From NCBI GenBank assembly GCA_051362555.1, contig CM120649.1:10912001-10976000 (forward strand): DNA of 64,000 nucleotides. The letters are read 5' to 3'. Position numbers and translations under genes: made by a program. The notes beneath the pieces are model-generated. The model saw only the letters and a program-made list of their open reading frames with translations, was not told where the DNA came from and did no database searches. The stretch's first letter is position 1. The number at the start of each line of letters is the position of its first letter. Below, piece by piece: positions 27,501-52,612 of this stretch. The DNA comes from Lingula anatina (taxonomy: Eukaryota > Animalia > Brachiopoda).

Positions 27501-28323
27501 TTACTTGCCGACATTTTGTCAGTTTTTGGATTGTTTGGCGCTACACGAGCGGCCGAGGCCTTTTTGGCTTTAGCTTTAGCTTTTTCGGCATCGGACTGAA
27601 ACACAGTCTCCGCTAAATTAAATTGCTTGTTGCTCATTTTTTCCATGACAAAGAAAAAACTACTTCCACGTGACTCAGCCAGAACTTGGAGTCGAAGAAC
27701 GAGATTAACTTCCCGCGCACGAGAGCCTCAAAATTAAGAGACACAGTTTCGGCATAAATTGCAAATGCTAACCGCATCAGTAAGGCAATGTCCTTCGCCG
27801 CAGAAAAGGACCATATGATAGGAAATTAATAAGAAAAAACGCGATTTTGCATCAGCAAAAATCGTTCGCTGCTCTGGGTAACCATTATGCAGCGCTAATT
27901 GCATTCTGGGTAGATATGCGTGCGCATCTCATGTAATCTTGGAATGGGAGTCAGCTGATGGTAGAATTAATCAAAGAAATGACTTTCAAATTTTCTTGTT
28001 TCAGCCTTTCCAGACTGGCCACATATTAGAAAACTTTTAAACTTTTCTTCTTAACTTTGGCAAAGTATGGAGAGTTATTTCTATGAAACAGAGCTAATTG
28101 CTTATAAAATCAAAAGTGATTTAAATTATCAAAGAAAAAGCCATATCAGTATCAGTTTAACACTTCATTCGATTAGATGGTAAAGAGTTTAGCTCTCTTG
28201 CTGTGAATTTCTTATTGTAAATTTAATACTTAAAATTTCATCTTTTTTCAGTTTGTGAATAAATTTAATGTCCTCTACGATCGGCAAGGCATGGGCAGAA
28301 GAATGAGAGGGCTCTTCTTTTAA
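18534..28323 (+). CDS. COPS6: COP9 signalosome subunit 6 (MPN domain), 10 coding exons
   Basis: Exons 18534-18690, 19207-19338, 20030-20118, 20399-20461, 21051-21098, 21296-21410, 21877-21969, 22141-22241, 22678-22746, 28252-28323, all GT-AG and phase-compatible. Motifs: [59 protein letters not shown]-terminal [15 protein letters not shown]. Confidence 0.97.
22974..23096. other. DIRS internal complementary region (ICR)
   Basis: 22974-23063 is the exact reverse complement of 22786-22875 (90 bp). 23056-23096 is the exact reverse complement of 27928-27968 (41 bp). The two parts overlap at AATTCTAC, the predicted circle junction. Confidence 0.93.
23449..24522 (-). CDS. DIRS tyrosine recombinase (YR); the frame is open further upstream than the ORF track start and has no upstream ATG
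   Basis: Catalytic R (GQRGQSL), K (LLKTSRPG), HxxR (HSVRAA), W (AGWS), Y (FARYY). Upstream of 24228 the same frame reads [32 protein letters not shown]..., the typical N-terminal core-binding region, and stays open back to a TGA at 24525-24523. Confidence 0.92.
   Translation of the reverse strand, partial: FSCFSLSQGQVSIGHSSPSLECPRSPSQDQACSSTCFWQTPGTAELSETAQRIIEASWRDGTKKQYNCYFKQWFSFCSQRDWNPFHASVKSAVEFLTELSERGLQYSALNTARSTLSAFLTIGDSPLGEHPLICRFMKGIFNLKPPIPKTKVIWDATVVLNFLRAWSPVKNLSLKQLTLKVVMLFGLLAGQRGQSLHLMDTRNIDLNKHRVKVSFGDLLKTSRPGYHQTQITVPAYAPDRRLCICVTLTEYLKRTCPLRDKYTALFISYMKPHKPVSRDTLSRWVKCVLKMAGIDTCVFTPHSVRAAATSAAKAANVPLQTILDTAGWSKKDTFARYYEKKIDKSGLFGSKILNKTK
24255..26483 (-). CDS. DIRS ORF2: reverse transcriptase + RNase H + Dam-like methyltransferase domain
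   Basis: RT motifs [25 protein letters not shown]; RNase H motifs TSDAS, HINELEL, IDNTTAV; MT-like region IDLFAS...YAFPPF. Uninterrupted 742 codons. Confidence 0.95.
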   Translation of the reverse strand: MGCRGVDPAAAPPLPTGSLQHVQLQKANLQNRKPKPRQKGQKSAKEIEIVSKFDEFMRLAEARSLEAVNNFKAGRLREYFDFWRTMTSDAHILSCIKGVALEFNDTPVQQAVPKPYRFDETKSRLIDQQIQIMLSKSIIQPAQHSSGEFISNIFTRDKKDGGIRVILDLTELNKFIQYHHFKMDTFQTALDLIFPNCYMASIDWKDAYFSVPIRNEDRKYLRFVWNSNLYQFTCLPNGLASAPRIFTKITKVMFAELRKKGFLCSSYIDDSFLVGDKEECEENVMITFEYSEKSGWVTHPVKSRFKPAQQRTFLGFIINSVLMNVTLTPDRIQKMITRISKIIDDNGRVTIRALAEVIGLMVASFQAVEFGKLYYRRCDNFKSLVLQQHAGNYNARVVLPQRCMIDLGWWRDNITTASAPIRRSTPDVVLTSDASTVGWGGTCHGQSTGGNWTVEEQKKHINELELKAAYFTIKAFCSQFTNRHILIRIDNTTAVVYINNMGGKKDHCNEVARELWLWCINRSLFVTAAYLPGAQNIEADAESRTYHDNGEWELDRNIFLKICRLWGKPEIDLFASRINNKVKVYYSWKPDPDCMEVDAFTVSWAHKFVYAFPPFCMMGKVLQKMKVEGVTGIIIFPLWPTQHWYSLLGSMLIDFPVSLFHRDRSVSVIHHPLLNAQDHLPKIRLAAALVSGRRQAQQNFQRQLSGLSRPHGVMAPKNSITVTSNSGFPFVVRGIGIPFMPL
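26342..27646 (-). CDS. DIRS ORF1 (gag-like)
   Basis: 434-aa ATG-initiated ORF in the ORF1 position, overlapping ORF2. Contains RPENCP...VNQEIW and LFG motifs with a G/Q/R-rich tail, as seen in animal DIRS ORF1 proteins. Confidence 0.85.
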   Translation of the reverse strand: MEKMSNKQFNLAETVFQSDAEKAKAKAKKASAARVAPNNPKTDKMSASKDGKSAVADNALSCSSASRTSATNATHDDDDDEACFTAPAMKRGAESALCFDSNSMAKRSRIDSEFSNAPFDEFGDHTEAGENYDIDMQLDKLLDPDDEGDIQQQEDELLAELEKEFLAPDEEVGPAIQAKFGELINNMFTSPMSDEKVKALSEKCLRPENCPNICNARVNQEIWDVMNTSARITDIAVSKIGARMVKSVLPIVQVVDQLYQARAEGKNADIPRAIRGCMDSLALMGSAVHELNLHRRNSIKKDLPPRAQRVASKVKDESSLLFGTELQKNLKELAEGEKLGLGGPKKIRSSFAKNPSHAFGSLQQQARGRGFQGYSRLYYPRQMSGEGRWGAAGWTQQQRPHYQQGPYSTYNYKKQTYKTGSQNQGRKDKNQQKK

Positions 28324-30472
28324 CATTCACTTGGGAAATACTTTATGTACAATACAGAGAAAGAATGAAACAGAAAGGACAATGGAGCAAAATTGCACTG
28401 TGGCAATGACTAAACCCACAAACTACTCATCGAGGAATCGGACAATGCTTTGTATGTTCTACCCTGTCAGTGGACTGCACTACTTTACACAATGAAAGAG
28501 CATGTATGACTCAACTAACCGTACCACCATTTGTGTAATCATGCTCCTCCCCCCCTCCCCCGAGGCCTTTAGATTACAAAATATATTTAGTACAAGTAAC
28601 AAGTACAAGTAAATGACAGATGGAGCTTGCCAGAATCTACCCATTGACAGATTCCAGGAAGTTTTTTCATCTGGTTTTGATGTTTCTGTCAATGTAATGG
28701 ATAAAACTAAGTAGGCAGGGTGGGTGCATAGATAATGTAATAACTGAAAAACATTTCGAATGGGGAATTTACCAAGTGAAGTGTGGAGAAATGGAAGCTC
28801 TCGGGCCAGTAGTCAGAGTTCAAAACACACCACCTTCAATTATTTTGATGCCAGTACCCTTAATTCCATATTTCACAGGGTAGTAGCTAACTATTAGTAT
28901 TAGCAAGCAACTTTTCTCAGTATCTTGAAATGTCAGAGGTTAGGGTAGTTTTAAAAAACTGAAACTATAGGATTAAAATCCACATGCAACTTTTTTTTAG
29001 TTATAAATAACATGTATTGTCAGTAAACAATAGTTTTCATTTGGCTCTTGTTTTCCAACTTCTACATCACATTTTTTCTTTTTATATAAAATAATGTGAA
29101 CAGTTATCATGATGAATGAGGAGTACGTCAAGTTGCAAAAAATGTCACATAAATTTATTCCTAACATTTGAGGATAATATGATATGTGTCTTATAACTGA
29201 AGTGTATGATATACTGCAACAGCAAAGGAAAGTCAAATATACATTGACATTGATGTAAACTTTCAAATAAAAGACTATGAAAACAATGTTGACTGAGTTT
29301 TGATGCGGTGCTTTGCATTATATCTAGCCTTCTAAATTCACGTAAAAAAGCATGTTGTAGAAAAATCCTTCTGAAGATCAACCATAAACATTGTGGTAAT
29401 CTTGTCATTGTAATAAGACGAAATCAAATGTAAACCTATAAAGATTAACTAAAAAATTATAATAAATATACAACACTTATGTCTTTGGTTAACCGTTTCC
29501 TGTATGTTGATTGACAACACTATTGAAACAATTGTTAGTGCTTGGCATGTATGTTGCCACGCCTGGTGATACTTTTGTTTTTCTCACTGATAGTTTAATA
29601 AGGTTAACTTTGCATTTCATAAACTTCTTAAGTCTAAACCTGATGTTGGTCTGTGTTCTGCCAGAGTAACTAGCACATATAGGTACATTTTTAAGAGTGA
29701 GTCAGCCATTAAATGCCAAGATTTAAAACTCTTTATAATTATATTTGTTTATTTTCTGTGTGTGTACTCATTCTTTTTCTGTGCATTATCTAGCTGGTGG
29801 CACATACTGAGGAGGCAGTATTGCCTCTCTGATCTTCTAGTTTTAAGATTTTAAAATCATAGCACAATAATCAATCACATTGTTTTATTTCATGTTCTGA
29901 ATGAGCTTGACCTTGAAACTATAAACAGCGAGCACTCCAAAAGCACAGACTTCTATCATCCTTGGCAATACAAAATTCTTCTAAGAATATATTAGGAGAA
30001 AAAATTAGCTGGAATTCCGATCATTTCTTTTCCTACTGAATCACGACAAGTGCCCTGTATTCTGATCATTTCATCAAACACATTATGTCAACTAACACAC
30101 AATTTGAAACCTGTGGCAATGAAAACATAATCTACTGATGTGACTTCAACTTTGCCTTTGACTAAGGAGGCTGAAGAATTTGCCTTGGCACAAACATGAC
30201 TTGAACAACGAATCTCCTTCATTTCAATGACAAGTTGTTATCCAATAGGCTTGGAATGTGAAATATGTCTACTTGTTGATTAAACTTTCATGACAATAAT
30301 TCAGTACGCATTTAACACGTCACTGCACTTCCTCCAGGTGGTATTTTGTGAAATCATCCTTGAAATTAAATGTAAACTGCACTACATCGGGGGCTGTCTA
30401 AACTTCAGACCAGAATTACACACACAAATTATTATCAGAGCTGATAACTGTTTTGATGCTATGAAGTTAATA

Positions 30473-32552
30473 TCAGCTTAAATTGAGCTTTTCAATATCT
30501 TCATATGTGACTACGCTGACTCGCTTCTTGGCCAAGTTTTCTCCATGTTTTCTGAGTCTCATCATGTAGTCAGAGTGATAATAACCATCCGTATAGTCCA
30601 TGAATCTTTGGTAGTCAGTTTGGAGCTCCTGAAAATAGTTGACATGACAGACATTGACAATGAATAAAGAACATCCATATAAATATTTGAAATAAAAGTC
30701 ATATTCACATACCCGGTAATTTGTTTCCTTTTTAAGGTGTATTTTTGCTGCATTAGAGTATTTTACTTGTGTAAATATAAAATGTGTAGCTGTGAACAAC
30801 AATGACAATTTCTGCCAGCATAACGCACATGCTGTAGGTTGAACCACCTCTTTAATGTCTTTAAGGTGTAATTTGCAGTGCAATGTAATATAAAACTTTT
30901 AATTCATACCTTGAAGTCACCTTCCACTTTTTCTTTATGACGGATCTCTTTTTTATATTTTCTGGTGAGGATATCATACCTGGAAAGATAAAATGGCATG
31001 CTATGATGCTGATATTGTGAAAGACAGTTTTTACCTTAATACTAACAGCTTATCTATGACAACAGAAATTTATATAATAGTTTTCACCTTAATGTTATAC
31101 TCAGGTAACAGTTTATCTTCAATAAATGAAATTTATACATTTTTAGTTTATAGAGATTTGAAGTTTTTTTTTTTTATGTCACACTGGTATTTGGTCAATT
31201 AATCCAGCTGACAGCTCATATGTATTGCATGTGTCAAAGTCACTGCTTACTTGTGTTCATGTCTCTTGATCTCCTCTTGATGGAGCTTGGCCACACGTGC
31301 TGCCTCCTGCTGGGCAAGTCTTTCACACTCTTCTTTTGTAGCAGCAATGGCTTCTTCCAATTTCTTCTTGTGACGTTCCTTTAAATGGTAAATTAACAGT
31401 TTTTAAGGACTATTATGTCGTCATGTACTGCATATTAGCAACATGTTTTTCAGAAAATCCATTAAATTCATAGGAATGATGTCAATATCATCAGAATATT
31501 TTGATGTGTTGTATTTATCCATTTTAGCATTCAATACCTGAATTATAACAAATATGTTTTGGTTAAATTTGAAATCCATTTATCTTTTTAAATAATTTGT
31601 AATCACAGTTATTCAATTCGAATTCTGAATGCTAAGTAAAGCATTCAGCTGATTATTTTATTGTTTTTCATTGTTTTTTTTTTTTTTTTTTTGTTTCAAA
31701 GATTTTTTAAACAACTGAGTCAGCAAATTGGGATACAGAAAAAGGTCAGCACTCATCACTTTTCCAATATTCAAGGAAAAAATCTTTACCCTAGCTTTCT
31801 GTAAGGTCTCTGCAATAGCCAACTCCTTCTCTAAAGCAAACTCATCTCGCAGCCTCTTTTCTAGTATAGCACAGGCCTCGTCTATTGCCTTTTGTTTAAT
31901 CCTCTCTGCCTCTTCCCACTGTTTTCTCAGGGCCTCCTCTTTCTCTTTCTGGAGCTTTTTGGTCAGTTCTCGTATCCTTTCCTCTTCTGCTCTGTCTCGC
32001 GCTTCAGCAACCTTCCTGGCCAACTCCTCATAGTACTGAGAATAATAATAATAATAATAATAATGAGAATAAGAATAATAATGATCTATTTCTAAAAAAA
32101 ACACACTACATGTGTACCTCAGTACTTCCTAAAACATTTAACTTCAAACTTGAATAAATTGTATTAAAACTGTATTCAAAACTGTCAGCCTTTAATACAT
32201 ATAACAATTAGGCAGAACTGTTTCTGTTCTGTGTTCTCATGTCAGATGAACTGAGTGAAAATGTCTGTAATTTTAGCTTTGAAGTCAGATGAAACATTTT
32301 ACATAACTGAAATAACATAAGTGTACTAATTAAGCCTAGTATGGTAGAGTTGTTTTAAAATTTTTTGAGTAGTACAATTTGTTTTAATTGAAATTTTCTA
32401 ATATAGTGTTATACAATGTGCCATTAAAAATTAATTAAAAATAAAAGCCTCTCTCATCTCTCTCTCTCTCTGTCTCTCTCTCACACACACATGCAAGCAC
32501 AAGCACACAGACAAACACACACACACACAATAAACACACACACACACACACA

Positions 32553-32596
<44 letters not shown>

Positions 32597-33374
32597 AAAC
32601 TCACTGCTTTTTGCTCCTCCAAGGCCTTTAACTTTTCCTCTGTCAAATCTTTTCTCAATCTTTTCAGTGCTGCTCTCAACTCCCGCGTAGCTCTTTCTTC
32701 AGCAGCTTGTATGGCTTCCCTTACTGCCTCCTGCTTCTCATCCTCTCTCTTGGCTGCTATGCCGCCTTCAATGTCATAACCTATGTCTACAGGAGACAAA
32801 AGTATTGTGACATTATTTTTCCTGTCCTCAAGTTTTAATTTGGGAGAGCTTCAACTATTAATCAAAAATTGGGTCTCCATAATTATCAAAGGACTGAAGG
32901 ACAAAGATGACACCAAACCTCATATCCTCTCCCTGAATCTTTGGTGAAGATATAGCCATCATCATCATCATCAAATTACAGAAAGAAGCATGAGATGAAG
33001 TGGCCATTACACACTTCAGTAGGTTAAATGTCCTGCTGGAGAAATGTGATAATTCAGTAGACTGAGAAACAAGTAAGTGATACAAAGAGAAGAGCTTGGA
33101 CCAACATTATTAGAAAAAGAATTAGAATATTGGAAACGCAATGTGCATGCTGAAATGATGTAAAAAAATTGAAAAAAAAAAAAAAATGCACAGACTTTGA
33201 AGTATTAATAAGACAGAGTACAACAGAGTGAAAAAAATTAAACAGTTAAAGCACCAATGAACAAATATAATCACACCTATTGTCCATGCACTAGGGTAAG
33301 ATATTCACTAGAACTGACCTTGCTAATAAAGGGTCTCAAAGTAAAGTATCTTGTGTTGGTAGGAAGGTTATTTT

Positions 33375-33405
<31 letters not shown>

Positions 33406-33946
33406 GGGGGCGGGTTGAGAGAAAGAAAGCATGAAAAGATGATTCTGAATTTCAAACAACTAAAAGACTGCATTCAGAAAATTCTAATTTAAGTGCTGAA
33501 GAACGTATATGTTCTTAACATATCACTTGAAGGGGGAAATTATCTTTATTAAGAATTAAACCATAAACATGTACTAGTATGATATCAAAGAGACGTTTAA
33601 CTTTAAGCAAAATTTAAGCCTAATATATGCTATGTGTAATCTAAACAAGACCATGTATTTGTCTTTAACCACATAAAGAATACAAAAAAAGATTATCTGA
33701 TTTCTTCAGACCGTAACAAACGATACACTGAGATGATTTCTAAATTATCAATGTCGCCTTACCAATGATGCTGCCATGCTGGACTCGCTGAGTTTGGAGA
33801 GTTGTAGTATTTAAAAGTCGTTCAAGAATTTGTAGAGGGTCGTGTGGATTTCTCATTTGCTGTCGAAGCAAACTGCTCCTGCTTCGTCTGTTCGACTGTG
33901 GCCTACTTTGTGACCTGCTGACCGGCGCACTCGTTAAATTCTCCAT
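30473..33946 (-). CDS. C6orf163-like coiled-coil protein, ~321 aa, 6 coding exons
   Basis: Exons 33946-33763, 32786-32605, 32035-31790, 31378-31251, 30979-30910, 30628-30473, GT-AG and phase-compatible. E/K/A/R-rich coiled coil. HGSIIDIG and LQTDYQRFMDYT...HSDYMM resemble my recollection of vertebrate C6orf163; this family call needs a homology search. Confidence 0.7.
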
Positions 33947-34235
33947 TAAAGTAGCGTTCACCGAAACATATTTCAAGTGCTCCTCGCAGCCGGAAGTTTT
34001 TATTACAGCGTGTGGTTGCTGGGACCGATTTTATTATGCTCTAAGCTTAAGCAAAATATCGTCGAATTCTTTCAAGAAGACGTAGATATTCAACTAAAAA
34101 ATTTTCTGTTCCACTGATTATAACTATCCACTCAAGTATGTGTTGGTAAAGAATAAACTGATAAATATTTACGAAATGTTTTAAGCATCATTTTATAAAT
34201 CTCTTCTCGCGAGACTTGGGCCCTGTAAAGTCATC
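33947..34235. promoter_or_regulatory. Bidirectional promoter between the C6orf163-like gene and TPP2
   Basis: Only ~290 bp separate the two divergent ATGs. Contains the ETS motif CCGGAAGT (~33991) and the palindrome TCTCGCGAGA (34205-34214; BANP/ZBTB33-type motif). Confidence 0.7.
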
Positions 34236-49895
<15,660 letters not shown>

Positions 49896-50006
49896 TTATC
49901 ATTGTGACCTATGTCATAATGTCCTAAAATGTATTCTTAGTGATTTTCTTAGTTCTTACTGTCATTAAGCTACCCCTAGGCTTCAGTTTATTTTTAAACT
50001 GGGTTC

Positions 50007-50157
50007 AATTGACATTTTATTCCCTTCAGACTTTGATGACCTACACTAAGTCATGATAAGTGACTATGTTGAGAGATGTACTGAATTTAATTGAATTGAC
50101 ATTTTATTCCATTCAGACTTTGATGACCTACACTAAGCCATGATAAATGACTATGTT
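50007..50157 (+). repeat. Two-copy ~87-bp-period duplication in the TPP2 3' UTR
   Basis: aattgacattttattcc.ttcagactttgatgacctacactaag.catgataa.tgactatgtt occurs at ~50007 and ~50094. A candidate AATAAA lies at 50341. Confidence 0.85.
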
Positions 50158-50780
50158 AAGATATTACAGAATCTACTTGAATAGGAATGTTATTAATGCA
50201 ACCAAAATTTCCAATTTTATTTCCTTTGAATTTTCAGCCAACTGGTGTCATAATATTGTCATCTAAGACTGATATCAGTGGCTCTTCTTTACCTTTAATT
50301 GTAAAGAAAATCCAACTGTGAAGATAATATTTAAGCCAACAATAAAATCATTCTCCTATCAAGTCTTCAGAGTATTCTGTTATTCAGTTTAAAAAATCAA
50401 GTTTTCTACAAGGCAAGGGGATGGAATTCAACCTCTACCAAGACCGAAAACAGAGTAAATATTGTTTTCAGTGGATTTTCTCAGATATTTCTCTGGGTAT
50501 TCACCAGCTGTGCACCACTCTACTGTCACCAACCAACCGCCTTCTGGTAGAGATCAGAGACAAAATAATTTGTGAGAAAAAATCTATGAAATCAAATGAC
50601 AATGTGAGAAAACAGATAGGCCTATTCCGTGTAGCTGAAATCTCACTATTTTTATTCTTGCTATGTTACATAGCATTTGAATATTATACTTTTCGTTGGG
50701 CCCCTTCCAAAATGAAATACATTAAGATATTTGATCGGCTTGTGTTAGAAGTAAAAAAAATGCCTCTTTTTGTAAGTAAA

Positions 50781-51193
50781 TGCAACGGTTCACAACAAAG
50801 TCTATTTCTCTTTGTTCTTATTTATTCCATACCATCTGTAAATATATAAAGAGCGATGAGCAAAGAACAATGTGCGATCATCATAATAATGTTATTAATA
50901 GCTATAATCTTAATATATAATAAGTATAATAATAATAATGATAATATTCATAAAAGAATTAAACTATTGACCACGTACCTGTAAATATATAAAGAGCTAT
51001 GAGCAAAGAACAATGACAGAAAAAGGGCGGCGACGATATTTATAAGCGACGAAAGGCGGGAAAGATGACCAATGGGAATGAGAGAGTAAGATGACGCCCA
51101 CGTGACAAAACAAAAGACGAACACGAGTGAAGAAAATACATTCATACGGCTACATTCACCCCCCTTCTCAAAGAATACATTCATACGGCTACA
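50781..51193 (-). repeat. 3' LTR
   Basis: Direct repeat of 56173-56585, preceded on the element strand by the PPT GAGAAGGGGGGTGAA (51208-51194). Confidence 0.95.
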
Positions 51194-51316
51194 TTCACCC
51201 CCCTTCTCAAAGAAATGTCTCCGCACATTTCATTCACTCCACAAATAATAATAACACTATACAACAATGATCTAGTTTTTATTAAAATATGACACTAAAT
51301 TAATCAAAGCTTTAAG

Positions 51317-52612
51317 TTAGCCTTGATATTTTTCTGGAATCCTCTTCTCCCTTTTAGACCTCCTTGGAATGGAGGGATCTTCAACTTGCACTTTTTTCTC
51401 ACTACTCTTCCTCAATCCTCCGACAGGTAAAGGAAGTAAGTGATTTCTGTGAACAACTTTCAATGTTCCACGTTTGACTCCTTCTTCTTTAATTTTGTAT
51501 ACCGGTATATCTTTATTTGGTTGTTCTACAACCACATATACTTCAGGTTTCCATCTATCAGCCAACTTATTCTTTCCTTTTAACCCCAAGTTTCTGATCA
51601 ATACTCTATCTCCTTGCTGGACGACAGCTCCTCTCGTCATTCTATCAAACCGTTCTTTGTTATTCCTTTTAAGATCTACGGAATTCTTAAAAGCTAATTC
51701 ATAAGCATATTGCAATCGTCTTTTTAATTTTCTAATGTAATCTGAGTGCTCTGTATTCCCAATCCTTTTATCTAGACCAAAAGTCAAATCTACAGGCAGT
51801 CTAGGGTTTCTACCAAACATTAGAAAATACGGAGAATATCCGGTTGCATCATTCTTTGTACAATTGTACGCGTGAACTAAACTTTGAATGTACTTTTTTG
51901 GTATTGTAACAGCCTTCTTTGAGAAATTTGTAATAACTACAGGTATTTCGTTTGACCTACCTTTCACACTTACTAAAGAAGGGTGCATTATCAAACCCCC
52001 AGGCAATGGACTAAGATCATTTGGTTCCAAGACTGCGTTTGTACTGTTCATTATAATTGCCCTTTTGCATATTCCATCGATTATTTTAGTTTCGCCTGCA
52101 TTGATTGTAATTGAAAGCTTACTTTCAACTTTACCAACATCCATTGATTTGTATGCCAATTCCCAACAATCTGGAAGGAACTCTCTTTTCTTTCTTTCAT
52201 TATCCAGACCCTTTCCATAACACAAAATATTAGTGCCTATGCACACTGGCACCTTTTGTATGTAAGCACCACTATTCGGGACTACTAGTAAAATAGACGG
52301 GATTTCTTTTACGCCGTGATAAGTTGGCAAACTCACAGTTACTTCAACAGATCCTAAATAAGGTACTATCTGTCCCCCTGCCGATTCTACATTCAACACA
52401 TCTTTTAAAGGGATAATTTCTCTCCCTAACCACTCTTTCACGAAATGTTCTGATACAGTTGAAACCATTGAACCGGTATCTATCAACGCATTACATGCTA
52501 TACCATCAACACACACCTTTGTTTCATTTGCTTTACCAATAATCGTGGCCCGCTTTACTGGGTCGAGGGTCTGGGCCCCGGAATCGACGACCCTTGTGCG
52601 TTTAAAGGGCAC
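51317..52612 (-). CDS. Deleted pol: aspartic protease fused in frame to the integrase C-terminus
   Basis: Protease active site ALIDTGSMVSTV and the later IGTNIL motif, then ...VTIPKK|YIQSLVHAYNCTKNDATGYSPYFLMFGRNPRLP (end of the integrase core) and the GDRVL...KLADRW (GPY/F-like) module. No YxDD, RNase H, HHCC or DDE triad. Confidence 0.9.
   Translation of the reverse strand: MPFKRTRVVDSGAQTLDPVKRATIIGKANETKVCVDGIACNALIDTGSMVSTVSEHFVKEWLGREIIPLKDVLNVESAGGQIVPYLGSVEVTVSLPTYHGVKEIPSILLVVPNSGAYIQKVPVCIGTNILCYGKGLDNERKKREFLPDCWELAYKSMDVGKVESKLSITINAGETKIIDGICKRAIIMNSTNAVLEPNDLSPLPGGLIMHPSLVSVKGRSNEIPVVITNFSKKAVTIPKKYIQSLVHAYNCTKNDATGYSPYFLMFGRNPRLPVDLTFGLDKRIGNTEHSDYIRKLKRRLQYAYELAFKNSVDLKRNNKERFDRMTRGAVVQQGDRVLIRNLGLKGKNKLADRWKPEVYVVVEQPNKDIPVYKIKEEGVKRGTLKVVHRNHLLPLPVGGLRKSSEKKVQVEDPSIPRRSKREKRIPEKYQG

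Larger units (their letters stand above)
22786..27968 (-). mobile_element. DIRS1-group tyrosine-recombinase retrotransposon, apparently full length, in COPS6 intron 9 (antisense)
   Basis: Non-identical inverted terminal repeats (~22836-22906 vs ~27899-27968), a 3' extension (22786-22835), an internal complementary region 22974-23096 matching both outer ends, and three overlapping ORFs (gag, RT/RNaseH/MT, YR). Confidence 0.96.

Noticed and set aside
26269-27599. Plus-strand ORFs inside the DIRS element (similarly 51474-53827 inside the Gypsy element)
   Set aside because: Antisense shadows of real ORFs, with no independent motifs.
29786-29840. Possible extra terminal exon (KIREAILPPQYVPPAR*) of the C6orf163-like gene
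   Set aside because: The acceptor is weak, there is no clear donor in exon 6, and exon 6 already ends in an in-frame stop.
50421-51226. ORFs 50421-50849 and 50948-51226 (also 56340-56576) as env or accessory genes
   Set aside because: They cross the insertion boundary or lie in AT-rich LTR sequence, and show no env features.
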